Shown: positions 14,754 to 30,335, numbered from the stretch's first letter. The stretch is DNA of 64,000 bases from Chrysomallon squamiferum (GCA_012295275.1 CM022671.1:28830001-28894000), one strand, 5' to 3'. Translations and numbers: made by a program. Notes: generated by a model not told the origin, from the sequence alone.

Positions 14754-16053
14754 TTTTAAATTTTATTTCGTTTTATTAAATAAAAATAATAATAATACTA
14801 TCAACAACAGTAATAACAACCATAATTAATGAAAACATCAAAATAACTGATAACAATAATAACAAAATAATTGACGATAATTATAAGATGATGAAGATGA
14901 TGATGATGATGATAGATGTGGTAAAAATAGAAACCAGCAGCACCAGTAAAAGCATTAGGAATTGCAGTACTAACAACAGTAGTGTTAGTATTAAAAAATA
15001 TTAACAACATCATCATCAACAACAACAACATCAACACAACAACAACAACAACAATAGTAACAGATAAACAGCAACATCAGTAACAGTAATAGGAATAGTA
15101 GTACTAACAGTACAAGTAACAGTAGAACATTAATAATTACAGTAAAAAATATAAACTACATCATCTTCCTCAACAACAACAGCAATAGAAATAATAGAAG
15201 TGAATGTGGTAGTTGTAATAGTAGTAATATTAGCAATCTAACAGAAGTAGTAGTAATAAAAAATAGTAGTACTAACGGTTGTTTTAATTGTAAAAGTAAA
15301 AAAATAATAATAATAATAATAATAATGCAACAACAACAACAATAATGTAAAATACAGCGAGGATAAAATAATAACAGAAAAAACAAACAAAAAACCAAGA
15401 AACAACAACAACAACAATAATAATAATAACGTAAAACAACAACAATAATAATAATGTATAATACTGCGAGGATTAAAGTAATTCCAGAGAAATGAAAAAA
15501 TTAAACAATATTAAAACAATAATATTAATAATAATTTTTAAAAGGATACAAAAAATAATAATAAATAAGTGACGTTAGAAATATTTTGTATCTGACGCAC
15601 ATATTTATTAACCTTGACTCTTTTTTTTTTTGTTTTTTTTTTTTCTCTCGAGCAAGAATCGTGCACGATTTGTCTATTAGAAATATTTACTTGTCATTAA
15701 TCACTCTAGCAAGCGTAAACAGTGAGATTGTGCAAATATTTCTATATTTCTATATATATATATATATAATGAATTAATAAGGAGAACTTGTTTTCGCGTA
15801 AACAGAAATACAAATAAATAAATCGTGATCAGAAAGTTGATTATAGGTATATTCCTGGAAAAAAGAAATAAAAAAGAAGAAAAATCTAAACTGAGAACAG
15901 AATGAGAAAGAAAAAGGAAGTATCAGTAGTAGTGGTAGTAGTAGCAGAAGCAATAGTAGAAGTTGTAATGTTATTAGTAGTAGTAAAAAAAAAAAACTTT
16001 TATCAATAGTAATAATAATAATATTAGTAGTAGTAGTAGTAGTAGTAATAGCA

Positions 16054-16105
<52 letters not shown>

Positions 16106-16592
16106 CAGCAACAAGAACAATAATAAGAAAGAAAGAAAAAAGCATAGGAAATACAATTACGCACGTCACATTATAATAAATACAACTGTAACATGAAAAT
16201 ATATAAATCAGAACTGAAACATTGCAGGGAGTGTATTTAAGATACGATGAACTTCACAGACAATGATTTGATGTCACTTCCGATGACGCACTAAATGACC
16301 AAGGGTCATAAGAAAGATACATATTTATATTTATAACTGTCAGAATTTTTCACGTCAGCATAAACAATAACACGAAATTTTATACACTGGTACAAGACGG
16401 TTATTATATCTGCTTTGTAGACTACGTACATAGGTTGAAGACCTGATGTGTAATAAAGTTGAAATAAATATATATATGACGTCTTTATGTTAAGCAATAC
16501 CCATGTCAGAATAAACGCAAGGCCGGTTGTTTGTTAATAGAAAATAAATAAAATTCTACGTCGAAATGAAGCAAAAACAACTTATAATGTTA

Positions 16593-16636
<44 letters not shown>

Positions 16637-17540
16637 CAATATCAGCACTATATACGATTAATAAAATCGTAAAATAATTTTTTTTTAAATTAAACAATAA
16701 CCATGACAAAATAAAATAACGTCCTGAAACACAAATATCAAAATCGAATAAATGATTTTATTAAATATTAAATCAAGAAAGTTAATAGGTCAAATAATGA
16801 CAGTCTCAAAATAAAATATTTAAGAAATATATATGTATATTAAATAAAAGTAATCCAGCTTTCATTTTTAATTACAATAAAATAATTTATTCGAAGACAA
16901 TTTATCAAAAAAAAAAAATAATAATAATAATAGCCATAAAAGATCTCGTTGATGCAGAAAATATTTTCGTACTTTAATATTTTAAATTATTAAAATAGTC
17001 GTCATCGTAATAGTAATGACAAAAAAATAAATCTATTACTATCTTAAAATGAAGAAGAAGAAATGTAATCATTAAGGCGAAGAAGGAAAGAAAAGAAGCA
17101 ACGATAGGTCATTTACTCTTTGATTTCAAACCGCAGATATTATTCAAAACGAGGAATTTTCCTAATTTAGCAAGTGCAAATTCTTAATTTATCTTCTTGC
17201 ATTAACAGTATCGTATAAACGTTAATACAGCATACCATTAGTTATTAAAATCAAATCATTCATTCTCTATAACATCAATATCCTATCCTATATTTTTTTC
17301 TTATTTTTTTTTTTTTTTTTTCTTTCCTAAAATAGCAGTCATGATACGAATTGGTAACATAGCCCTCTGGCAGAAATATTTGTGTTTTTTTTTTTTTTTA
17401 TAAAGTACACATTAGATGTAATATATTCTGACAAATACCACGACAAGCAAAAGAAATGTCAAGAAACGCGAAAATCTGTAAGTCACGATAATAGATAAAC
17501 ACGTGACCAACTTTTTGAATGACGCAGGAAGCGCTAACAC

Positions 17541-17550
17541 TATATATAAA
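17541..17550 (+). promoter_or_regulatory. TATA box of gene A
   Basis: TATATATAAA in a locally CpG-richer segment, about 100 nt upstream of a consensus donor ctttg|gtaagt at 17650/17651. Confidence 0.55.
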
Positions 17551-17574
17551 GGAAAACGCGGAGATAATGTGTAC

Positions 17575-17650
17575 TAACAGGATTTGCATCTTCGAAAACG
17601 ATATTCTTTTTGAGACTTGAAGTTTTCAGCGCCTTTTTCTATCAGCTTTG
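17575..17650 (+). other. Putative non-coding exon 1 of gene A (start approximate)
   Basis: Lies between the TATA box and a consensus GTAAGT donor; the next acceptor is ttcttttcag| at 18624. Confidence 0.5.
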
Positions 17651-18632
17651 GTAAGTAAATTTAATGTTACAAAAAATAATTAGAGGCTAAATTTTATCAA
17701 GACTTAACATGACTTTAGTATATTCCACGTATTATTATTATATATTTGTTTTTGATTATTTTTTTTGTTTTTCATTATTTTTAACATTTTGGCAATGTTA
17801 CTTCACTGGCAATTTTACTTCACTGGCACTTCTACTAACGTCAGAGCAACCTATCAGAAAAAGGTTTTATTTAAAAACAATAGCAGAACACAGTGATTAG
17901 ATTTTTAGTTTTCGACGGCTGATGCAAGTCACACAAATGCTCTTTCTCACTTAACAGCAGCAAGGAACATTTTCTATGCGCAAACAAGACAGTATATACC
18001 ATTCTTTACTGTCAGCCGTTGAAGGAAACTGTTTGGGAAACGATACGAAAGGACATTCTGAAGTGAATTCAACAGCGTGATTCCTCATTCTAATTCACAC
18101 CTTGACAAACGGCGATAAAAATATAATATTGCATCATACCTTGTTAACCATCAAAGTTCCCGTATTTTATTATATATGCGAAACTCAAACTAAAGACGTA
18201 TTATTTTGTTTTATGTAGAAGTCATTTATTTATTTATTTTCAAGAATTTCATTTTTTTTTTTTTTTTTTTTCTTTTTTAACAGTTCTTTTGTTAATGACT
18301 AGCTTTGGCAATCTGCTGTCAGTTTTATGAGGTGGTAGTCTCGGAAATATCGAGAAATTAATGAATATTTCTCTTATTACTTTTATAAAACGAAGGATGT
18401 AGTTTTAATATATTTAAATGCCTTAGAGAATATATTCAAAACTTAACATTTATTTAAATTCACTACAGAATCTATAAACTATTACAAAGCATTTGTATAA
18501 TAAAAAAAAAAAAAAATATGTTCTAATTACCTTACAAAATAATATATATTTTTTAAATTTAAATCTTGCAATATAAATATGTTTATCACAATTTTTAACA
18601 TGATGTTGTTCTTCTTCTTTTCAGACATCAAC

Positions 18633-18705
18633 ATGATAGCATCAAATCTGCTGTTGACCGTTTTACTTGTCATTTTCATCTCCCATCTCTCGGCGTATGT
18701 CATTG
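18633..18705 (+). CDS. Gene A signal-peptide exon (MIASNLLLTVLLVIFISHLSA-YVI)
   Basis: Acceptor 8 nt before the ATG, hydrophobic core, small-residue cleavage site and phase-1 donor G|gtgagt. Missed by the ORF track. Confidence 0.85.
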
Positions 18706-19951
18706 GTGAGTACCATTTTGTTTCTGAAGCTATAGCAATTGCCTCGTTTCCGTACTAGCTCTACTCGTAGTAGTAGCAGTAGTAGCAGCAGTAACAGCAG
18801 TGGCCGTGATGATAAAAAATGGTAGTGTTAGTAGTAGTTGAAGACCATAGCAGAAACAATGCTTTTAATAATAGCTGTAGTACTAGTGATAACAGTAGTA
18901 GTAATAGTAATAGTAGTAGTATTTAATTGTTTTTTCTTATGTTTTTCTAAATACACTGCACAAAATAAATAAATAAACAAATTAATAAATAAAGAAAAGA
19001 AAAAACAGAAAAGAAATAAGTAATTAAGTAAATAAAGAAAGAAAAAAAGAAAGATTAAATAAAAGAACAAATAGTAAATAAATAAAACAAAATAAATAAA
19101 TCTAATTATATACATATATATAATAAAAGAAAAAAAAAGAAGAAAAAAAAAGAAAACAAATAAATAAATAAAAATAAAATAAAATAATTAATTAAATAAC
19201 AACTGAACAAAACAGAGCTATGTAAGGGAAAGTATGAACACAAAACAAATGTACAGTATATTCGTTTTTTTTGCAACAGTGTCTACCACTAGCGCACAAA
19301 TTCCTCAAGAAAACATATCAACTGAAGGTATTTGAAGCATGCCAGTTCATACTGATAATTAGCTTGTATTCATATAGCATGCTTAAATAAGCAATATATG
19401 GTTTATTTAAAATAAGGAATGCATATAATTATTATCGCCTTTATATATATTCAGAATGTATGTTTATGAATTAGTTTTGAAAGCATGTTTTATTTTATTT
19501 TATTTTATTTATTTATTTAATCTATTTACAAGTTTATTAAGTTGCACGATATATCTTGTAGATATATTTTACTTAAAATGTATTTATTTATTGTTTATTT
19601 ACAAGTTTATTAAGTTGCACGATGTATCTTGAAAATATATTTTATTTAAAATCTATTCATTTACTTTTATTTAACAAATACTGTATACTTAATAAAATAA
19701 CACATTTATTTTTGACATGTACCTTTTGTGGCTATTAAAAAACAAAATAGTCATATCCGAACGTCGAGTTCCTCATCATATATGTAGACGATAAAATACG
19801 AGATACCGATATTCGAGTAAATGTGTAATTATGTGCGAGCTATCATACATTTATAAAGTTTCATTTGCATTATATAAAGTATGTGTATCCGTCTGTATAT
19901 GTGTCAGTGCGTTCTTTTGTTTCATGAAATATAATTATGATATGTTTTTAG

Positions 19952-20358
19952 TTCCAGTTGCCTCGCAACCACAGACAACATCATACACGTCTGCATGGGT
20001 CAACCCAACTTCAGTTAACCAGATGCCGCAGACTAACTTCAACAACAACAGGTACTACTACCCACAACAACCACGACGTCGGGTCATTCAAAGAAGCCAG
20101 TTCGGTCAGAGATTTTTCTCTCCCTATTATCAAAGATGGATGAATCCTTTCGCCAACAAGCGATCGTTTCTGACGTCACTGCTAGGAACCAATCCCTACA
20201 TGGGTTACTACAGAGGGCAGATGGTTAAGAACAGTCCAATTTCACCAGGAGGGGGCATGTTTGTGCACGCAGATGGCACAGACGGAACCATTATCAACGC
20301 TGACGGAAGCAGAACGAGCATCGACGGAAGTGACGTGTCGATTGATCATGGTTTCTAA
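19952..20358 (+). CDS. Gene A terminal exon; secreted Q/N/Y/R-rich protein of about 159 aa ending ...DGTIINADGSRTSIDGSDVSIDHGF
   Basis: Phase-1 acceptor ttttag|tt (alternative in-frame ttccag|tt at 19958) joins the signal exon in frame with ORF 19831-20358. GC-richer than its flanks. Confidence 0.85.
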
Positions 20359-20627
20359 ACTGCTAATTATGCTTGCACGAACTCGCTATATATGACCGCC
20401 GTTATAATTACAGGCGAGCGAAAATAAGCGTTTTGCAAATCCAGATGGACTTGTTTGATTGTGATGTTCTGTTATGGGTTCACAAACTCTGCAAAGACTG
20501 AAGAGAAATGGGCTAAGATTTAGTTGAAATGAAAATGAGGTTTATAAGGAAAAAAAAAAATGGGGGAGTAAAAATTCGGGTCGCGAAACTACCAGGCAGC
20601 TGAACACTGTTGATTGTTTTTTAAAAA

Positions 20628-20660
<33 letters not shown>

Positions 20661-21102
20661 ATTAAATTAAATTTCGATAAATTATTTCCTTTTTTCTTTC
20701 TCTATTTTTTAAAGCATTCGTGCTGCTTTCTCATACTATATTTCACAGAAGATATTCTTTTAATTTAAGTACAAATTAGCATAAATTCAAAACCACAGAA
20801 TAATCATTCTAATGAATAGGTTTCTTTTGCCAAAGATCATGTTAGGCAAATGTAACCTTTTAATCTGTAATAAACAGGAACATATTTTCTAAAGTATTTC
20901 CGTTATTTTTGTAGATTTTAGATGATAATGAAAATAATTACAATAATAGAGAGACTTTTGTGTATATATAATGCGAACTGTATTGATAAAACAATTTTTA
21001 TAAAGGCAGTATATATAAATATAGGTTCTGTCTTATACAATGGTGCTAAATTTAGTCATTACTTTTTACTTTAAAATTATCTTTAATATTTTACTTTAAA
21101 AT

Positions 21103-21178
<76 letters not shown>

Positions 21179-21665
21179 ATAATTTTCGTTTTCATTTCTG
21201 AGTAAACTATATATTATTTTTATGAATTTGTTATATTAATTTTTCTTTTCTTTTCTTTTCTTTTCTTTCGTTGAATTTTTCTTTGATTTTCTTTTATTTT
21301 ATTTCATATTTTATTTTGTTTTTTGTTTTATTTAATTTATTATAATTATTTTACTTCAAAAAATTTCTATTTTATTTCGTTTCTTCTTTCATTTTTAATT
21401 TTTTAATTTTAATTTTATTATCTTTTCATTCTCCGATCCCTTTAACACCATTGTTGTAAATGTGTTCATCATTTAATCATAAATACCAAATTGTAATGTT
21501 ATTATTTAATGTGCTATTTTATATCTTTTATTTATTATTGTATCCTTATAGTTAATTTATAAAAATGAATAAATTAATATATGTACATAAACTCTTCTCG
21601 ATACTTTCGTTATTATTTCAAATTTTATTTGAAAATATCATTCATTCATTCATTCATTCATTAAT

Positions 21666-21718
<53 letters not shown>

Positions 21719-22385
21719 TAGTTATCTCTCTCTATTTAAACCAAAAATTTTAAAAAAAAATTAAAAAAAAAACAAAAAAAACAAGGGAAATGAAGTTCCT
21801 AGAGATATTTATATTTCAAAAATTATTAGAAAATTATTTTTATTATCGTTCTAAAATATGATGGAACACACACAAAACAGACATATACCCACACACAACA
21901 CACACACTTACACATTCACAAACACAAACACAAACACAAACATACATACGCATATACATACATACACTCATAAATACATACATAATACATACATACATAC
22001 ATACAAACATTCATACATACATACATACATACATACATAAATACATACATACATACATGCATACTTACATACATAACACATACATACACACATAAATACA
22101 TAGCACATACATACACACATACATACATACACACATATATAGAAGTGTTTAAAATTCATAAATATTTGTAAGTAAAACGAAAGAATGAATGATTTAGACT
22201 ACTGGTTTTCAACCTTTTTCATACCGCGACCCTTTATGAGCAACTCAATATGACCGATGACGCCCTTTAAAATGCTTGATTCAATAATATATAGGGTTAC
22301 CATATTTTCATCAACAAAAGACAGTACAAAAGGAATCTATATTTACTATGACGGGTCCCAAACCTTTCTACACGTTTTTATTTAT

Positions 22386-22500
<115 letters not shown>

Positions 22501-23405
22501 AAAGAAACCGACGAGTTAAACACAGAATGATTCATTTCATTATTATAATTACTTTTGGTAACATTTTTTCCACTCTTCTATTCATCACTCAGCTACTGAA
22601 TAATCCTTTGTTGTACCCAATATTAAAAAATATGCCAGACAAATATGATTAAGCTGTCAGCTCATTTACAAGTTATCAAATTGGCTATGTGATGACGTCA
22701 CGGTGTATAAGTTTTTATAATGGTGTATTTGCTAACCCGCAGTGTATGACTGAATTGCCATTGATAAAATTAGAGTTTTTATTACATACCTCACATTTAA
22801 AAAAAAAAAAAAATGACATCTCTACAAGGTTTGACTGATTACCTAGTTTTTTGTTTGATAGCAAAGGTCAAATGTTAAACGTATTATACGTGAATTTTTT
22901 AAGAAAAACAATTTACTTCGCGGTGAAAAAATGCTTAAGTTCTGTTCTCAAAATAATAATAATAACAATAATAATAATAAAAAGAAGAAGAAAGAAAGAA
23001 AAAAATAAGAAAAGAAGTTATATTGAGAAAAGAATAAAAAGAGCGATATATGGATACATGTAGGGATTAATGGATATTTAGACAGTTAGACAAAGAAAAA
23101 GAATGGGAGGTAGGCAGTCTAGTAGAGAGACAGACAGACAGACAGGCAGGCAGTTAAACAGACAGCTGGATGGACGAACGGACAGATAAACAGATAAATG
23201 TATAGACAGATGGATTGATAGATAGATAGAGACTGGTTTTCTGACTTTATACTAGGTACAAAAACCGTTTTTTCATTGGTTCATTGACCAGCAAGAAAAT
23301 ATATCTTAAACGTTTGAACAAGCGTGTGTTGAAATCATTGCATAATATTAAGTGAGTCAATTTGCTAATAACTAATGTAAGTTAATGTTGAAACACACAC
23401 ACACG

Positions 23406-23495
<90 letters not shown>

Positions 23496-23947
23496 TGCGT
23501 TCTGTATTTGAATGCAGTGACACCTGTTTTGTACGGATACTCGTAGGACTGAGCAAAAGTGTCCCTACACTGCAGGTGTCCTCTCATCAGAGAATCACAG
23601 CTTTCTCCTAAAATACAATTCCAAATACAGTGAGTTCATTGATGGAAGTTATTTTGCACGTCATAAAAGTCATAATAAATATAAGCTGTATTACGTTTTA
23701 AAAAGGATACTACTTCGATTTGTGCCACATGCACCAGCTTTTTTACCTTAAACGTACCGCTAAGATCGGTGTTCATAAAACATAAAAATGCATGAAATGA
23801 TGTTGAATGTTTGAATTATCAAAATTATCTACCAAATGTGTTGAACTCGAAGACTCTTGTCATTCGATAAAAACAACAAGACACGAAATTGGCGACGCCA
23901 TCTTTAAAAATATGGTAAAGAGAACAAGTGTGTTCGCATTAATTGTG

Positions 23948-23994
<47 letters not shown>

Positions 23995-24631
23995 ATAAAT
24001 AAAATAAATAAATAAATAAATAAATAAATATCAAAACAGATCTTCAGACACATTCCATGCATTCAAACGAATGAATTACATTCACAGTTAGATGTGTTTA
24101 TTACTGGGAGATTAAGAAAACATTCGTACGTTATAGATTACCCGGACATATTTGTACTCGATTGCCAAAGAGTACGAAATATTAGAATATGACAAATATG
24201 ACAATAAGACAAAAATATAAACGTATATTGAAATTGATGAGGTTGGCTTTTTTTTATGTTTCATGAGTCAGGTTTTGTCAAATACCTGGTGAGTCATTAC
24301 ACACACACACACACACACACACACTCTCTCTCTCTCACACACACACACACATACAGTGAGACAGACATACGCGTAGTACGTACATACATACATACATAAA
24401 TACATGCAAGCATGCAGAAATTCAGACATACGAATATATAGGTTAAGTGCATATGTATCTACACATGCAAGTTAAAATAAGGGAAATCATCGGAATTAAA
24501 GGCAAGAAATTATTAAAAGCAAAAGATTTGTCTCCCTTATATAGCAGTTATTAATCGAAGCTGCTGCTGTTATTACTACATCTACTAATACTACTCCTAC
24601 TACTATAATACTAATACTAATACTAATGATG

Positions 24632-24671
<40 letters not shown>

Positions 24672-24721
24672 ATGTAATTATAATAATTATTATTATTACA
24701 TGTATTATTATTATTATTATT

Positions 24722-24769
<48 letters not shown>

Positions 24770-24959
24770 ATTATTATTATTATTAGTAGTAGTATTATTA
24801 TTATTAGTAGTAAAAATATTAAGACAGGACAATCCAGAATAGTCATTAGTATTATAAAATTGAGCATTGTGTTAAATACGCTTTGTTCTAATGATACTGT
24901 ATAATCACATTATTTATGCGAAATAATAATTAGAATAAGAGTGATAAATAAACACAATG

Positions 24960-24990
<31 letters not shown>

Positions 24991-25299
24991 TTTTTAAATA
25001 AAGTAATAAGTAAATAAATAAATAAATAAACAAAAATGATTAAAATCCCCCAAATTTTTATTTATTTCACAAACGACTGCGAGAATCGATCTCCGTACCT
25101 AAAATCCGTCAAGAAAATCGCTACTTGCCCGGAACTTGCTCTGATCGATCTACTTTCAAGACATTTCTTAACATGTGTGTCAGATGCCAGAACGACAACG
25201 ACACAGCGTAGTGTGCATCCTCACCAACAGACGTGATTGACGCGTTTGACGACGCAGACGACGTCGGTGGTGACAAGCCGTCCGTTTATCAACGTCGAG

Positions 25300-25375
25300 A
25301 GACGTCGTGTTGTTTATTTGATATGACCAAAGACGGAGAAGAGCTTGGGTGTCGTAACCAAGTTAGCGAGACTCG
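25300..25375 (+). other. Putative non-coding exon 1 of gene B (start approximate)
   Basis: CpG-rich island at 25070-25375 ending in donor ctcg|gtgagt; the next acceptor is cttgcag| at 25997. Confidence 0.45.
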
Positions 25376-25512
25376 GTGAGTATTAACGTAGAGAGAATCT
25401 AAAAAAATCAACATGCTTCATTACAGTACAGGAACATGTTGTTTTTTCTTTTTTTAAAGATATGAAGCGTACAGTTTTGAAGTCATTCAGTTTAAATGCG
25501 ATGAATTAAATG

Positions 25513-25552
<40 letters not shown>

Positions 25553-26012
25553 CTGAAAAACAACATGTACGGCAGACCAAGATGACAATGACAGATTCGT
25601 AATCTGAGTAAAAAAGTAATATTGTCCCATCCTATTCTTTTCATTTTCTTTACTTATCTAGTCCGTTTATTAATATTCCTCATCATTTACATAACCTATA
25701 CGTTTGGTTTACGTTTAAGTAAATGATTTCTCATTTCAGTAATTTCAGAAACGAAGACATAATATAAATATATTATTTAAAATGGCCTGCTTGTTAGCGT
25801 AATGTTTTCCAGTTTTCGAATTAAAATGGTGGAAATTATGTTACAAAGTATAAAAGTTATGGAGGAATATTCATACACATATAGATATAAGCATGAATAT
25901 ACATGCACATGCGTACGCACATATACACAAATTCACACGACACAAATTTGATAATGTATTTGTGATATTTATTTCCTTATTGTTTCTTTGCTTGCAGGTA
26001 GGGTCACGGGTA

Positions 26013-26067
26013 ATGGCTATGATACGTTTGTGTTTTTCTCTGTTCAGTATTTGCTCTTTTGCTGTTG
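26013..26067 (+). CDS. Gene B signal-peptide exon (MAMIRLCFSLFSICSFAV-G)
   Basis: ATG 15 nt after the acceptor, hydrophobic stretch and phase-1 donor G|gttagt. Joining gives AVG-QYSVVQ. Confidence 0.8.
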
Positions 26068-26193
26068 GTTAGTATTCATGTGGTTGCTAAAACTGTTACT
26101 TAATATCGCTATAATTTTTAACACATACATAGCTACATACAAATATTCAAGTGAGCACACATGTATTTAAGCATATGTTTGTATGTAACTATG

Positions 26194-26224
<31 letters not shown>

Positions 26225-26390
26225 ATGTGCATTTATAGCTTTAAGTGTATGTATGTAGCTATGTATCTATGTATATGTATATGTATGTTTGTGTGTAGAT
26301 ATATATATATATAGATAGATAGAAATAGAAAGATAGATAGATATATGTGTGCATGTATGAGTGTTTATATATGTTTGTTGTGTGTGCATG

Positions 26391-26442
<52 letters not shown>

Positions 26443-26875
26443 TGTTAAATAAACTTTATATATAAATATTCTTTAAACAAGCCACTTTGTATATCATATA
26501 TTCCCTAAACTTGCCACAAATGTTATGAAAGAGCACGACAGATTTTATCTATGTTACATTATATAACCTTAAACATGACCAGACAGTGTTGTCAGCATAT
26601 AACAATTTACTACTTATACGCTAGTATAAAAATTATATAACTCCCATGGTATTCTGTCTATGTACATAATATAGATAGATATTACGGGGGGGAGTATGGA
26701 AATATTTCCACGATTCGTGGTTTTAGATTAGCACATATTTTTTAATGAAATTATATTAAAAGAATTAAATAATTAAATAATTACCTTATCTAATACTAAC
26801 ATCTAATTTACTTTTCACAAACATCTGTTTATATTATTTTATCAGCCAATCTTTAATATTAATAAAGTAGGCCTC

Positions 26876-26980
<105 letters not shown>

Positions 26981-27025
26981 CATTATGTGTGTGAATGTGT
27001 TACGTTTTAATATTCTACTATCCAG

Positions 27026-27571
27026 GTCAGTATTCGGTGGTCCAAAATGGACATTATCACGAAATTCGTCAGAACGGTCAGTTGCCAGATCTACAAAACC
27101 CTGTACTAGGAACATACATGTATCCAGCACACAGTTATAGAAGACCTTTCCAGATTCTTCCTCCACACAACAGACATAAACTGGATTCCAGTCGTCATTC
27201 CCGTTTCAGCACTAAAGCCAGATCTGCACATGTGGCTAGAAATACTGGAAGTGCAGCAGAAAGACCCAAATACGGAATGTTATTAATCTATCCTGAAAAC
27301 TGGATGTCTTCTAACCAGATGTCCAAAACCAGAGACCGGACTCAACAGACGTCTAGAATTTCTTCTTCTCAGTCCAGTTCAATGAGAAATGAAGCTCATC
27401 CTCTTGACCAGCCCAGGGAAAGAACCAGATTGTTTCTATCTCGATACGTTGCTCGGTTAGGAAGACCAGAGGCTTTGATACGAATACTGAAATCTCCAGC
27501 AACTCGATCTGCCCTTAATAACAGTCCCATACAGAGAGTTGATAGTAGGATTCAGAACAGTCCTAGAAGAG
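27026..27571 (+). CDS. Gene B internal exon (R/S/H/Q-rich)
   Basis: Acceptor tatccag|gt and donor agaagag|gtaaaa; 546 nt, phase 1-1, in frame with ORF 26995-27594. Confidence 0.8.
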
Positions 27572-27987
27572 GTAAAAGTGCGATACTTGTATGAGTTAAC
27601 CTTCCATTGTTGTATATCCATGTTTTATTAAGATTGTGTCTGTGTGTATATGTGTGTGTGTGTGTGCATTTTTTCTTCTTCTTTTAACGTATTTTCAAAT
27701 AATTAAACTCTATGAGAATAATAGAAAATAAAATAGTGACATGATCAACTACAACTACAGTTTTATTGTTATAGAAGTAGATCTGGTAGTAGAAGAAGTA
27801 GTGGATGCAGTAGTAGTAGCAGCATCTGTAGTAGTAGTAGCAGTAGTAGTTTAGTCGTAGCAACTGTAAAAGTAATATTTTCATAATATTCAGAATAATG
27901 CTTGTGATATAAATGATATTTTAATGAAGGATGATGATGATGATAATCATTATAATGATGTAATTATAAATAAATTTTATTTTACAG

Positions 27988-29372
27988 AAAAGCTAAGTCG
28001 TATATATCGTCACAGACAGCCGTTTAGGACAGAAAGACGTAGTCATCGTACCCCACTTCGTTCTCGCAATATTGAAATAATACCATTGCGACGTCGTGTT
28101 CTGCGACGAAAACATTTAAAGCCGTTTTCGGGTGACGTCAACGTAGCCCATCTCCTTCTTGTTTCTCCGTCTCATAAACCACTGAACCTAAGACGAATGT
28201 TTCAGTCTTCAAACCCTCAACGCGCAGGACAGGATATACAACGTCACGACATTCAGAGGTCGCCACACTCTGCTAGGCGGCTAGATTCCAAATCTGATTC
28301 CATGATGACGAGCATTAAGCATATCGCACGTCTCAACAGTAGATCCAACAGTTACTTGAGTATGTATCCAAACCAGGCCATACCAGTCTCGTTTCTTTAC
28401 TCAAACACGTCCAAAGCCTCCAGTCCTTGGATTCCCGTGAAGAAAGAAAAATCAGAGACTAACAAACAACCGATCACACGTGCAGCAGTCTCTTCTCGGA
28501 GTCCTCTGGCGAACCAGAAGGTCTCGATTGTTCCATCGCTCGGTATAAACTCTCGCTTACCATCAGCCTCTCTGAGAAAGGGCAATTTAATAACAAACAG
28601 TATTCCCAGAACAGGTTTAGGAAAAGACTTAGCTGCAAGGGTTCAGAATGCTGGATTGGGAAATAAACTAACCGCTGGAACTTCGAGTGCTGGTTTGCAT
28701 CATAGTTTACATTCCGGTAATCAAAATACGGGTTTCCGAAACCGCTTAGAAATAGGTACTCAGAGGATAAATAACGCAATGACTGTACCATCTGAGTCTC
28801 AGTGGCTAGGAACTGGAAATAATTTAGCAAACAGGCCTAAGGGATCGTTTGAAAATTCAATGTCAACATTTTTTAATTCTAGAAAACCAGGAAGAAGAAA
28901 TCCACTGATGTCGTTTTCACAACCATCAGTATCAAGACCAGTTCTCCCTTTATCGGCAGCCTTTAGTACGAACATTAATTCTAATCAACCAACTGCTAAC
29001 TCTAGAACATCGCAAAGTATTTTAATACCGGGGCTAGCTCATTTTCCACAAATTGGTTCAAATATAAACCACGACATTCAAATGTATCCAAGTGGATTAT
29101 CCAGTAAGGCCAATCCACTGAATATTGCTAAAAGCGTAAATCTTGGTGTACAGACTGTTCCGGGAAGCGTGGATCTGAATAAAGTTATTACACAACATTA
29201 CATGTCTAACAGCGTGCCTCTGTTTGCACCACGAGTTGGGACAATGATCAAACCAAATCTACTGATGCCCAAAGGAGGGGTTGTGTCAAAGGCTTCTGGA
29301 GGAGAAACGGAAATGATCACTCGCGACGGACGAAGCGCCAAACTTGAAGGTGGACAAATAAAATTTGAATAG
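27988..29372 (+). CDS. Gene B terminal exon; basic S/R/N-rich secreted protein of about 661 aa in total, ending ...GGETEMITRDGRSAKLEGGQIKFE
   Basis: Acceptor ttttacag|aa (phase 1), in frame with the 482-aa ORF 27924-29372. Confidence 0.85.
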
Positions 29373-29458
29373 ATAAGATAATTTTTTTAAGAAAAATAAA
29401 AAAGAGGAGTGAAAGTTTTCTTTTTAAATAAAAGCAAGAGACAAAATAATCTTCTATC

Positions 29459-29501
<43 letters not shown>

Positions 29502-29829
29502 GCAACAAACATCCGTGGATAAAAGTTGTATATATAATTATTACTAAAATGACATTTTACGATTCACGTTAAAAATAATTTCAAGATATTTCCTTCTCTC
29601 TCATCTTCACTGTTCATGTATATAAGTAATAGTTTTATTATATAGATTATGCATATATATCTAAAACAATGTCAATTAAATGCATTAGAATTTAGGAATT
29701 ATTATTCTCTTTATTATCTTTTCACTAGTGCTTTACCAAAATAGCTATTAACTGTTATACTCTGACAGACACAGAGATAGAAAATGCTGAAATGGTAAAG
29801 TAGTAGAAGCTGTAGCTGTTGTGATGGTG

Positions 29830-29868
<39 letters not shown>

Positions 29869-30304
29869 TCGGCTTACTGAAGATAAAGGTTTTGAGGTAC
29901 TGCTATCACTCACGTAACAGATGCAATTTACGCTTAAAGTAATATTACGTATCCAGTAAGTGCAAACGCTATGCTAGACTGAGTTATTATTCCCATTTAA
30001 ATGACGTTGTCAGCTGACATTATAATAGAAAATATTGTGTTAAAACTGTAACAATAAGATACAGTGTGTATATAAATTTGATATTTCTGAAAAATAAAGA
30101 TAAGAAATAGACTTACAACATTATTCTTTGTGTATCATTTTATTTAGAATATTAAATATTATTTGTTATAAATGAAGGCTGTTTTTCTTCTTGTTTTATT
30201 TTTGTTGTTGTTGTTGTTGGGTGATTTTTAATTTAATTTTATTTATTATTTTTGTTATTTTTGTTTTTGGTGGGGTTAATGTTTTTAATTTAATTTAATT
30301 TAAT

Positions 30305-30335
<31 letters not shown>

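Noticed and set aside
910-16500. Numerous short poly-Ile/Leu/Phe/Tyr ORFs here and elsewhere in the window
   Set aside because: They are translations of (ATT)n, (TTTA)n, (CA)n and (AG)n microsatellites and lack splice or compositional support.
22200-22270. Possible hAT/MITE terminus (ctggttttcaacctttttcataccgcgaccc)
   Set aside because: I found no matching second terminus or target-site duplication.
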